Counted from the stretch's first letter, positions 12,972 to 22,500 are shown. The stretch is DNA of 64,000 bases from Anthoceros angustus (GCA_010909165.1 VJWM01000063.1:186001-250000); one strand, 5' to 3'. Notes: a model not told the origin generated them from the letters alone. Numbers and translations are program-made.

Positions 12972-13349
12972 TTGGATCGGTGCCTAAAGGGAATCGAGGC
13001 TTGGATCGGTGCCTAAAGGGAATCGAGGCTTGGATCGGTGCCTAAAGGGAATCGAGGCTTGGATCGGTGCCTAAAGGGAATCGAGGCTTGGATCGGTGCC
13101 TAAAGGGAATCGAGGCTTGGATCGGTGCCTAAAGGGAATCGAGGCTTGGATCGGTGCCTAAAGGGAATCGAGGCTTGGATCGGTGCCTAAAGGGAATCGA
13201 GGCTTGGATCGGTGCCTAAAGGGAATCGAGGCTTGGATCGGTGCCTAAAGGAATCGAGGCTTGGATCGGTGCCTAAAGGGAATCGAGGCTTGGATCGGTG
13301 CCTAAAGGGAATCGAGGCTTGGATCGGTGCCTAAAGGGAATCGAGGCTT
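12972..13349. repeat. 29-bp tandem array, 13 copies (TTGGATCGGTGCCTAAAGGGAATCGAGGC; one 28-bp copy)
   Basis: Direct count. The unit joins two segments of the neighbouring element family (TTRGATCGGT and GCCTAAAGGGA). Confidence 0.97.
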
Positions 13350-13402
13350 AGGGTAGTTTATGTATGGTATTTTATATTTTACTACAGGACATATGTCAAC
13401 AT

Positions 13403-13485
13403 CCGACTTTAGCTCAGTTGGTAGAGCGGAGGACTGTAGTGCGTCAGATATCCTTAGGTCGCTGGTTCGAATCCGGCAAGTCGGA
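13403..13485 (+). tRNA. trnY-GTA: tRNA-Tyr(GTA) with a 10-nt intron (13440-13449)
   Basis: CCGACTTTAGCTCAGTTGGTAGAGCGGAGGACTGTAG-tgcgtcagat-ATCCTTAGGTCGCTGGTTCGAATCCGGCAAGTCGGA. The intron lies at the canonical 37/38 position. A T-run follows about 20 nt downstream. Confidence 0.96.
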
Positions 13486-13980
13486 CTTCACACTGTTGGG
13501 TAATTTACACCTTTTTTCCCAACGGTGATAAAGGCGACCGTGTCTGTGGGAATTGGCTGGCAAGTTCAGGTAGTGCCCGGTGCTGTTGGACGTGGACGTC
13601 TTTTTCGAGCACATACAAGGGTGTAGAGCCAGCGACGGCACCGTCAAGAAGCTAGAGACTTTGAAGAGAGACCCCGGACAAATATCCGGCGTCTTCCTGT
13701 TCGCCACAGTTTGCCTACATGACCACCAGGCAAAATATGTATAGCCTATCCCCACGACCTCCCACCCTAAGCGACACCCTAAGAGATGTGTGCGAGAAAT
13801 GGAGTAACTTGGCTGTGGAGCCGGAGCCGGAGCCGGAGCCTGACCTGGTGGGTTAGAGCCTCCCCAGCTCGACCAGACCAGCTGAAGACGAGGATTCGCG
13901 AAATACGGAAGAGACAGTTGGCAACCTGCAATTCTCGGATGCAGGTTAGCCATTTCCATGGCTCAGTTTGGACAGGGATT

Positions 13981-16900
13981 TCACGGTCGACCCTTACAAC
14001 TGCAAGAGCCAGCTGCGAATCGATGCACACGGTACCCATCCCTTACAACAATGTCCCTCCGTTCAAGCCTTGACATGATCTCAGTGGAACTGTGGCAGTC
14101 ACTGCACATGCGCAGATTCTTCGTTACCACCAGAGGTGTGCCACTCGGCGTGTTCAGTAGACCAAACGCCAGAGCCAGCTTCTCAGCATGCCCACACAGG
14201 GCATCTTCCTTTTCCTTCTCACACATCGGCTTCAACACCAGATTTGTTTGGGGTACATGGTCTCCTTCCTGCTTCAGACGTGCATTCGTGCTCTCTACCT
14301 TAACCGCAATATCCTCTCTCCTCTCTCCCACCAGAAATCGATGTACCTGCTTGTTCACCTCAATGGTCGCCACTGCAGGTTTCTTATTAGCTCCTGCTAC
14401 CCTTCTCTGTGTTTCAATCCTGTCTACATCGGTCCACCTACCTGCATCTGCGTAGGCATTGGCCAAGAGGACATATGCGGGCGCATCCAGGGGGTCTAGC
14501 CTAACTATGCTTTCAAAACACCACATCGCCCTCTCTACATCTCCGTGAATTTTGCAGGCATTCAACAAAGACCTCAAGCACACAACATCACTTTGGCCCT
14601 CACATGACAGCAGCATCTTCTCGGCCTCATCTAAATGGCCCGCACGCCCAAGAAGATCAATCATGCATGTGTAATGCTCAATAGTAGGTTTGATGCCATG
14701 TCGTTCGGCCATGGAATCAAAGTGCCTATGACCCTCGTGGACTAGTCCTTCATGACTGCATGCTACTAGAAGGCAAGTAAAAGTGGCCCCGTCAGGCTGA
14801 ATACCGGCAGCTAACATCTCGTCGAAACAGATCAGTGCTCTCAGACCATCATCACAAGTGCCATACCCGGCTATCAGGGCATTCCATGTCACCACAGTCT
14901 TTGCGTTCATGCTGTCAAAAACCTGGCGTGCATCGTCTAATTCACCGCATTTTGCATACATGTCCACCAGGCCTGTGCCCATCACTACGTTATCCAGCAG
15001 TCCTCTTTCAACAATCTGCGAGTGCAGCTGCCTGCCTTTCTGTAAGGCGCCAGTGCTTGCACAGGCCTTCAGAAGGCAAGCAAAAGTAACGTCATCGGCC
15101 AAAATGAGGCCCGCCTCCTCCATTTGTCCATACACAACAAGCGCCTCTTGGCTGAGTCCTTGCTGTGTATACCCGGCAATCAGGGCATTCCATGTCACCA
15201 CATTCTTCGTAGCCAAGCTGTCAAAAACCTGGCGTGCATCTTCCAGTTCACCACATTTTGCGTACATGTCCACCAGGCAGGTGCCCACCACTACATCATC
15301 CAGCAGTCCTCTTTCAACAATCAGTGAATGCAGGTGCCTGCCCTTCTGTAAGGCACCAGTGCTTGCGCAGGCCTTCAGAAGGCAAGCAAAAGTAACATTA
15401 TCGGCCACATTGAGGCCCGCCTCCTCCATTTGGCCATACACAACAAGCGCCTCTTGGCCCAGTCCTTGCTGTGCATACCCAGCAATCAGGGCATTCCATG
15501 TCACCACATTCTTTGTGGCCAGGCTGTCAAAAACCTGGCGTGCATCTTCCAGTTCACCACATTTTGCATACATGTCCACCAGGCAGTGCCCATCATCCAG
15601 CAGTCCTCTTTGACAATCTGTGAGTGCAGCTGCCTGCCATTCTGTAAGGCACCAGTGCTTGCACAGGCCTTCAGAAGGCAAGCAAAAAAAAGTGTCAGCC
15701 AAAATGAGGCCTGCCTCCTCCATTTGTCCATACACAACAAGCGCCTCTTGGCCCAGTCCTTGCTGTGCATACCCAGCAATCAGGGCAGTCCACGTCACCA
15801 CATTCTTTGTGGCCAAGCTCTCAAAGACCTGGCGTGCATCTTCCAGTTCACCACATTTTGCATACATGTCCACCAGGCAGGTACCCACCAGTACGTTATC
15901 CAGCAGTCCTCTTTCAACAATCAGTGAGTGCAGCTGCCTGCCCTTCTGTAAGGCACCAGTGCTTGCACAGGCCTTCAGAAGGCAAGCAAAAGTGACATCG
16001 TCAGCCAAAAGCAGGCCCGCCTGCTCCATTTGTCCATACACAACAAGCGCCTCATGTCCAAGACCTTGCTGTGCATACCCAGCAATCAGGGCATTCCACG
16101 TCACCACATCCTTTGTGGCCAAGCTCTCAAAGACCCGGTGTGCATCTTCCAGTTCACCACATTTTGCATACATGTCCACCAGGGAGGTGCCCAACACTAC
16201 GTCATCCAGCAGTCCTCTTTCAACAACCTGTGAGTGCAGCTGCCTGCCCTTTTGTAAGGCACTAGTGGTCGCACAGGCCTTCAGAAGGCAAGAAAAAGTA
16301 ACACTATCACCCAAAAGCAGGCCCTCCTGCTCCATTTGTCCATACAAAACAAGTGCCTCGTGTCCGAGCCCTTGCCTGGCATACCCAGCTATCAGGGCAT
16401 TCCATGTCACCACATCCTTTGTGGCCATGCTGTCAAAAACCTGGCGTGCATCTTTCAGTTCGCCACATTTTGCATACATGTCCACCAGGCAGTTGCCAAC
16501 AAACATGTTAGTAGGAATGCCACTGTGCAACACATCACAGTGCACCTTTCTGCCAGATTCCAAGTCAGCAGCAAATGCACAAGCTTGAAGGGCAGCTACA
16601 AAGACGTAAGCATCCGCTTTCACTCCTGACCTACGCATCTCATGGTACAGTTGTATGGCCTCATCAGGTCTCTGATGCTTGGCATATGCGGAGATTATGG
16701 AAGACCACATGAAGGCATCTGGTTTGCCCACCCTGGTGAGCACATCCATGGCCTCCTCTAGCCTACCTCCACATGCATACATGCGCAAGATATGGTTCCC
16801 CAAGTAGGCATCCGACTCGTACCCAAGTTTGACAGTGAGATCATGAACTCGTCGCCCCACAACCAAATCCTTCTTAGCTGTACACAGTTTTAGCACAGTG

Positions 16901-17511
16901 TAAAACAGAGATTGAGAAATAGCAGAATCTCTCTGTGCCAGAGATTCCAGGGCTCCAACGGCTTCAGAAAGCTTCCCCTGCTGACATAGCATGCTCACAG
17001 TTCCACCTGTTACGACGCCCATTCCTGATCCTGCACCCCTGCCAGGTTCACGCTTATGCCGAGAACTCGACTCGGAAGGAGAGGCACCATGACCCATCTG
17101 CATATCCAAAGAAACGAGCCGCTCATCAACCCAAGCTGGCTTGAGCGTGCTGTTTAACCACAGGACCTCGCCGGACCCCTTACGTCGGAAGTCAGGCGAA
17201 TTGGAGCTCGTCTTATCTCGTCTGTCATCCCACCACACGGTAGGGTCCATAAAAAATTGTTCCCACAAGTGCTCCTGCTCCTGCTCCTGCCCCTGGCGAG
17301 GTCCATTACTGGAAAATGCGTCCCCACCCCCAAATTTTAGCGGAAGTGGGAGTGCTGGGCTCCTTACACTGCTGAACCTGGTAGCTTGGTTGTTTGCCAG
17401 GCATTGACTCCATGAGCTCAGGTGAGCGGGAGGTCCTTGTAGAATCCCAATCCCTGTACACACACCAAATTGTTGGGTCGACAACGAGTCCGGTTGCCAT
17501 ACAGCGGCCAT
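13981..17511 (-). CDS. Intronless PLS-class PPR protein (1176 aa): transit-peptide-like N-terminus, OSB-type PDF motif, PLS array, E1/E2, DYW:KP domain ending GRP; putative organellar U-to-C RNA editing factor
   Basis: Repeated VVTWNALIAGY / VTFACLLKAC / LVDMYAKCG triplets; E motifs; KKPAVATIEV in place of the PG box; HAEKLA...CSDC zinc motif; C-terminus SCSCKGRP. Confidence 0.93.
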   Translation of the reverse strand: MAAVWQPDSLSTQQFGVCTGIGILQGPPAHLSSWSQCLANNQATRFSSVRSPALPLPLKFGGGDAFSSNGPRQGQEQEQEHLWEQFFMDPTVWWDDRRDKTSSNSPDFRRKGSGEVLWLNSTLKPAWVDERLVSLDMQMGHGASPSESSSRHKREPGRGAGSGMGVVTGGTVSMLCQQGKLSEAVGALESLAQRDSAISQSLFYTVLKLCTAKKDLVVGRRVHDLTVKLGYESDAYLGNHILRMYACGGRLEEAMDVLTRVGKPDAFMWSSIISAYAKHQRPDEAIQLYHEMRRSGVKADAYVFVAALQACAFAADLESGRKVHCDVLHSGIPTNMFVGNCLVDMYAKCGELKDARQVFDSMATKDVVTWNALIAGYARQGLGHEALVLYGQMEQEGLLLGDSVTFSCLLKACATTSALQKGRQLHSQVVERGLLDDVVLGTSLVDMYAKCGELEDAHRVFESLATKDVVTWNALIAGYAQQGLGHEALVVYGQMEQAGLLLADDVTFACLLKACASTGALQKGRQLHSLIVERGLLDNVLVGTCLVDMYAKCGELEDARQVFESLATKNVVTWTALIAGYAQQGLGQEALVVYGQMEEAGLILADTFFCLPSEGLCKHWCLTEWQAAALTDCQRGLLDDGHCLVDMYAKCGELEDARQVFDSLATKNVVTWNALIAGYAQQGLGQEALVVYGQMEEAGLNVADNVTFACLLKACASTGALQKGRHLHSLIVERGLLDDVVVGTCLVDMYAKCGELEDARQVFDSLATKNVVTWNALIAGYTQQGLSQEALVVYGQMEEAGLILADDVTFACLLKACASTGALQKGRQLHSQIVERGLLDNVVMGTGLVDMYAKCGELDDARQVFDSMNAKTVVTWNALIAGYGTCDDGLRALICFDEMLAAGIQPDGATFTCLLVACSHEGLVHEGHRHFDSMAERHGIKPTIEHYTCMIDLLGRAGHLDEAEKMLLSCEGQSDVVCLRSLLNACKIHGDVERAMWCFESIVRLDPLDAPAYVLLANAYADAGRWTDVDRIETQRRVAGANKKPAVATIEVNKQVHRFLVGERREDIAVKVESTNARLKQEGDHVPQTNLVLKPMCEKEKEDALCGHAEKLALAFGLLNTPSGTPLVVTKNLRMCSDCHSSTEIMSRLERRDIVVRDGYRVHRFAAGSCSCKGRP

Positions 17512-17600
17512 CGTTCAGGCACCGCTATCTGAACGACATTTACGAGTCCGGTTGCCATACTGCGGCCATCGTTCAGTCACCGCTGTCTGAACGGACATTT
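17486..17600. repeat. 58-bp tandem duplication covering the PPR start codon; the upstream copy forms uORF 17569-17540 (MAAVWQPDS*)
   Basis: GAGTCCGGTTGCCATAC.GCGGCCATCGTTCAG.CACCGCT.TCTGAACG at 17486 and 17544. Confidence 0.85.
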
Positions 17601-17774
17601 CACACCTCCGATTTGGTTCATCATAGTCCTGTGTCCTGTCTGAACGGCACCGCTGTCTGAACAGACATTTCACAGCTCCGGTTTGGACGCTACACAAAAG
17701 GTATAAATACATATACCACATAAACAAATTCAAACAAAATACACATTGCTTACGCATTGTGTATAGCTGCGTAG

Positions 17775-17821
17775 TGGAGAGCAGGGTATGCCGCTCGCAT
17801 GCTAAGCGAGCTTTCTACACC
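17775..17821 (-). pseudogene. Degenerate tRNA-Ala(AGC) remnant
   Basis: TGGAGA..GGGTAT..CTCGCATGCTAAGCGAGC..TCTAC matches the tRNA at 12100-12172, including the intact anticodon arm. The T-arm and the 5' end are deleted. Confidence 0.7.
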
Positions 17822-18182
17822 AACAACAACTCTATTTATGTCCTCTAAGAATGGAAGGACCATGATGAGACAGAGCAACAACATCTGTTAAGGATGAAAA
17901 GGATCATCGTGGATAAAGGTAGTGCAACGAAAAACAGGTAAAAATTTGAGTACATATATATGTGTGAACTAGAAAGAAAATAAGTGATTGGGAGAAGGAA
18001 AAGGAGGCTTTTCCTTGTACAGGCCTTGTTGAACTCTCATAGATTTTACCTTTTTTTCCCTTTTATAACTCACACTCAGAAAGAAGAAAGTAATAAACCC
18101 GAACATCAGGATAGACAAGACAATAGAAGAGGAAATGTAACTCAGTTTCAAGGTCCAGGGAGCAAAGCTTGCAAATCTGTTT

Positions 18183-18546
18183 TTTAAGACGAGGTGTGAG
18201 CTTAAGCTACTGAGTGGTCAATCTCAATCCAAAGGTGATAGGAACTGACCAGATTAGCAATTAAGGTTAGCAAGGTAGAAAACCTAGGGATCGACTCGAA
18301 GCCCTTTAAGACGAGGTGTGAGCTTAAGCTACTGAGTGGTCAATCTCAATCCAAAGGTGATAGGAACTGACCAGATTAGCAATTAAGGTTAGCAAGGTAG
18401 AAAACCTAGGGATCGACTCGAAGCCCTTTAAGACGAGGTGTGAGCTTAAGCTACTGAGTGGTCAATCTCAATCCAAAGGTGATAGGAACTGACCAGATTA
18501 GCAATTAAGGTTAGCAAGGTAGAAAACCTAGGGATTGACTCGAAAC
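18183..18546. repeat. 122-bp tandem repeat, 3 near-identical copies
   Basis: TTTAAGACGAGGTGTGAG... starts at 18183, 18305 and 18427. Confidence 0.95.
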
Positions 18547-18906
18547 CCAACTTTGTAATCGCACAGTTGGGCTTGTCAGGAGGGGCGGATGAGAAAGAGA
18601 CCACGTGAGACAAAGGTATCCTAGAATGAAATGGTTGGGGGAAGTGCGAGAGGAGGACCACGTGAGACAAAGGTATCCTAGAATGTGTGTCCAAATGGCT
18701 TAGGCCAAATGGATGAGAAAGAGACCACGTGAGACAAAGGTATCCTAGAATGAAATGGTTGGGGGAAGTGCGAGAGGAGGACCACTTGAGACAAAGGTAT
18801 CCTAGAATGTATGTCCAAATGGACACACATTTATAAGGAACGCCGGGACTAAGCATCCTGAGCTTAGATCGGTACTTAAACAGGGTGCCTAAAGGGAGTG
18901 GATGCC

Positions 18907-19068
18907 CTTGGTGTAAGTAACTTAGGCACACCATGGTACAAGTTGTTAAGTACCAAGTCCCTTGGTGCAAGTAGCTTAGGCACACCATGGTACAAGTTGT
19001 TAAGTACCAAGTCCCTTGGTGCAAGTAGCTTAGGCACACCATGGTACAAGTTGTTAAGTACCTAAGTC
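18907..19068. repeat. 54-bp tandem repeat, 3 copies
   Basis: CTTGGTG.AAGTA.CTTAGGCACACCATGGTACAAGTTGTTAAGTACCAAGTCC at 18907, 18961 and 19015. The segment is single-copy in the 12580-12800 homologue. Confidence 0.93.
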
Positions 19069-19570
19069 CCATGACGGAAATCCGTCCTTAGTGGACTACA
19101 ATAAAATTCTTCTTCTTCTTCTAGGATGAGATGGTTGGGTGAAGTCCGAGAGAAGGAACTGGGAGTAGGGAGCTACCATATGAAGTACATGCCTATTATG
19201 AAAATCTCTGTCTTTAGTGTTATTAAATTTATACTTACTACCAAATATAATCCGCTTCATTTCATAAGACGTTCATAATTGTCTAGACATTTTAAGGTCC
19301 CAACCTACCTAACGTAAACCGGCAGCAGCTGCAAACACGACTCCCGCCGCGCGACGAACGGCAAAATGTGTGCAAGCCAGTTCATTACCTGCTAATACAT
19401 TTGATTTTATCAACTACCTGCCGAGGCAGCTTAATTAGAAAATAACAAATCGTTTTCCATCCTTGCGATAATGATTCATGCCCAAAATAATCGCAAACAC
19501 AGCATGGCATATCGTTCTTGCTGGAAGGATGATGGTTCCAAAGTTTCAGCGTGTGAATCCGACCTTTCCG

Positions 19571-22500
19571 TTACTGATTCCACCGAATCTTGGGGGGAGT
19601 GCCATCGGAACTGGACCTTCTGAGATAGAAAAGCAAGCTGACGCCCACGACCATGGCTGCTCCTGCCACCACCGCCGTGTGCGTTGAGCTCCAAATCTCT
19701 TTCCGAGCAGCCTCTTGGGTGCTGCGTGGACTCCTCCCTACCTCACCCTTCAAACCGCCGCTGGCATTGAGACCATTGCCGTTGCTGCTATTCTTCTCCG
19801 CGTAGTCCAACTGAAGCTTCAGCACCTGCATGCAAACACATAAAACCCTCATCACCTCAGAGGCCAAACTGGGTCAGGTCACATTGGACTCTGACAGCTA
19901 ATTCATGTTGAACACTGCCTACCTTCCGATCAGTGGCACGGGCATGGGTGATGGCAGATGCGAGGTCGCTGTCATTAGTGAGGAGAACCTTGTCCCCATC
20001 CTCATCTTCGTACTGCACCCAAACAGAAGGCGTCACAATTTACACCACCACCCCTAGTTCAAAGCACAGAGTGAATATTGGGTACATCCCCAAGAAAAGG
20101 TACTTGAGTCATACCATCAGATTAGGCAGACGGGACAAGTTCACGTCATCGCCCACACGTTGCACGACAGCTGAAACAAGCTCTGTGAGGCTCTCAGTTC
20201 CTGTGCAGCATTCACAGTTTTTGTGAGACTGCGGTGGACAAAAATTATAAGTGGTTAGTCAAGCGGACTATCCAGCTCTCGTACCACAAGGAAACCTATG
20301 CACCCGTCCTTTTCCATCTTCCAGCTTGAAGTCAAAAGAGTGCCCTGATCCAAGGGAAGGATAACCCATCCTTCCCGCTTCAGATCCAAATGCAGCTTCT
20401 GATGCAAGCCTATTAGAGATATCACTGTGGGACAAAAGCAACAAAGAGTTAAAAGAAAAAGTGAATGAAAACTGCAAAACATGGAAGACAGTGGATGACA
20501 TCTGTTGAACAAGTCCAGCCAAAAGAAAAGGCTCACCTGCGGGAGTCATCATCGTCTTCTGGTGGTTCAAGGGCCAGAGCCGAGTCCCAGAACTTCTGCA
20601 GCATAGTGCTTGCCATGTCGCTGCCACCAGAACCTGGCACACCACCAGTGCCACCACCGCTTCCAACCTAAAGGCGAGCCAGATGATTCGGTCATAAGAA
20701 CAGGCATTTCCCTCAACTAGACTCTCGTGCAATGGTAACGGATTAAATAACCAACACCAAACCTTACTTACAGTGGCAACAGCTCCGTGAGTTAGCTGAA
20801 GTACATCCATGCATGCAACCACATGGCCATCTGCCACAGCACAAACCAACACAAATCAGGTGATGCTTCCAAACTGGTGTAGATGACTATTAGGTCATTG
20901 AGAAGCTGGTCGGGATACCTCGATTCAAAACGGGTAGATGAAGAAATTTTCCATCATGCATGGTATGAAGGGCATCCACTATCGTAGTATCCAATGTAGC
21001 GCACTCAGGATTTGGTGTCATGACCTGTCAAACAGCCAAAGAATCCACTCAATAGCTGTACTAAAAGCTACAAGGATCAAGAGAGCACTCCAGTTATCGA
21101 TAACCCTCGAAACTCGAAACTCCAACACTAGAGGGTCAAGGGTTGCACTCCTCGTGATCTAAGGGTTTACCTTATCGACCGTTGTAGTGTCAGGAGGATG
21201 ACCTGAAGCAACAACTCTCATCAAAACATCCTTGGACCTGAAAGACAGCACAAACACACAAAACAATAAGCACTAGACACTCAATAGGACAGCATATTGA
21301 AACAGCCACCAGGTCATGCAAGTCAAACCAAGGCTCACGGACAACCAAGCACAGAGTGGACAAGGTGGGAATGAAATACAGACGTGAGAATGCCCTGAGG
21401 CTTGTTCCCTGTGGTGATGATGACAGAGTTAACGCGGAGCTCCCGCATCTTCTTAGTTGCTGTGTACACGGTATCAGATGGTGATACTGTGGCTACTCTA
21501 CAAACACAAGACAAGCGTCGAAAGCAGTATAAGAAAAGAGGTGTGACCTGAAAAAAACCACAATGAATCCGAAGGGACAATGAAGTTGACACTCACTTAA
21601 CAGTGTCATTGACGAGAGAGCCTAATGTAGGCCGGAACATTCGCTCCCGCAATGTCTCAATGAAGCTTGATGGTGCTGCACGGGGGGGGGTAAGCGGGGG
21701 AGGGGGGAGAGAGAGCGTCATGTTTGGCCTGTGAAGGATCTCATGGCGAGACGAAGGAAAGTATATGAGTGAGCTAACCAGCCAGAGTGTTCCCCCATTG
21801 GCGCTCCACACCCTCGACCGCAGCAGCAATGGCATTTCCCTTTTCAGCTGCTCTCTCCATTCGGGCAATAGCATCGTACAGGCACTTGGTTATATCCAAG
21901 AGAGCAACAACTTCTCCATTTTCGACCACTGGAAGGTGCCTGAACTTGCCTGCCAGGGAGAAATCAGATTCAGCTGGACGTGAGGGAGTAAAACCACGAC
22001 ATGTTCCCGGAAGCAGCGAGGTGAAGAAGGTAGGGTGGGTGAGGGAATACGCTCACACTCCCACCTTGAACCATCTTTTGCAGAGCCTCCACAGCCAGAG
22101 TGTCACCCATGACAAAAATAGGATGCCTCGTCATGACCTTGGAGACGGGGGTGTCTTCCGGCTTGAGGCCTTCCGCTATAACTCTTGTTGCCACATCCTG
22201 GAGACGGTGAAGAGGAGCCCATGAGAAAATTTGGGGTAAAGAAGCTTCGGTTTCCGACGAGGGAGGGAGAGGGAGAGGGAGGGACTTGCCTTATCGGTTA
22301 TGATTCCACACAGCAGAGCACTGGAGTCGGTGAGCAGAGCAGCGTCCACCCTCCGGGTTGCCATCCTCCGGCAGGCATCCGCGACGGTAGTGCCATCTGG
22401 AATGGTGAGCGCCTTGGACAGTCTGAGCCGCTTCACAGTCCGCTCTCCAGATGACCTGATCAAGTTCGGAAGCAACTCCTGCAATCAGCTGGAATTCCCG

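Larger units (their letters stand above)
18100..19122 (+). mobile_element. Longest copy of the LINE/SINE-like family, with internal tandem duplications
   Basis: 3' hairpin, AATAAA and (TTC)n tail at 19065-19122; homologous to 12580-12800. The weak coding trace (DHVRQRYPRM) could be a LINE ORF2 C-terminus. The 5' boundary is uncertain. Confidence 0.55.

Noticed and set aside
12972-13349. CRISPR-like appearance of the 29-bp array
   Set aside because: Units are head-to-tail with no unique spacers, there are no cas genes, and the context is eukaryotic.
13444-13959. 171-aa ORF downstream of the PPR gene
   Set aside because: It overlaps tRNA-Tyr and a GGAGCC microsatellite, and has no recognisable motif.
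14858-16588. Long + strand ORFs (251 and 322 aa)
   Set aside because: Antisense shadows of the repetitive PPR array.
18446-19072. 208-aa minus-strand ORF
   Set aside because: It arises from reading through tandem repeats on the antisense strand of the element.
19065-19100. Helitron 3' end (hairpin GACGG-AAAT-CCGTC)
   Set aside because: No CTRR terminus at the expected spacing. AATAAA plus a (TTC)n tail and 5' truncations fit a non-LTR element better.
12580-19122. Inverted copies as TIRs of a giant DNA transposon carrying the PPR gene
   Set aside because: No TSD is evident, the repeats have retroelement-like tails, and additional copies lie nearby; independent insertions are simpler.
18100-19122. 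Penelope-like pseudo-LTR with a hammerhead ribozyme
   Set aside because: No CTGA(T/C)GA…GAAA core with matching stems was found by eye.
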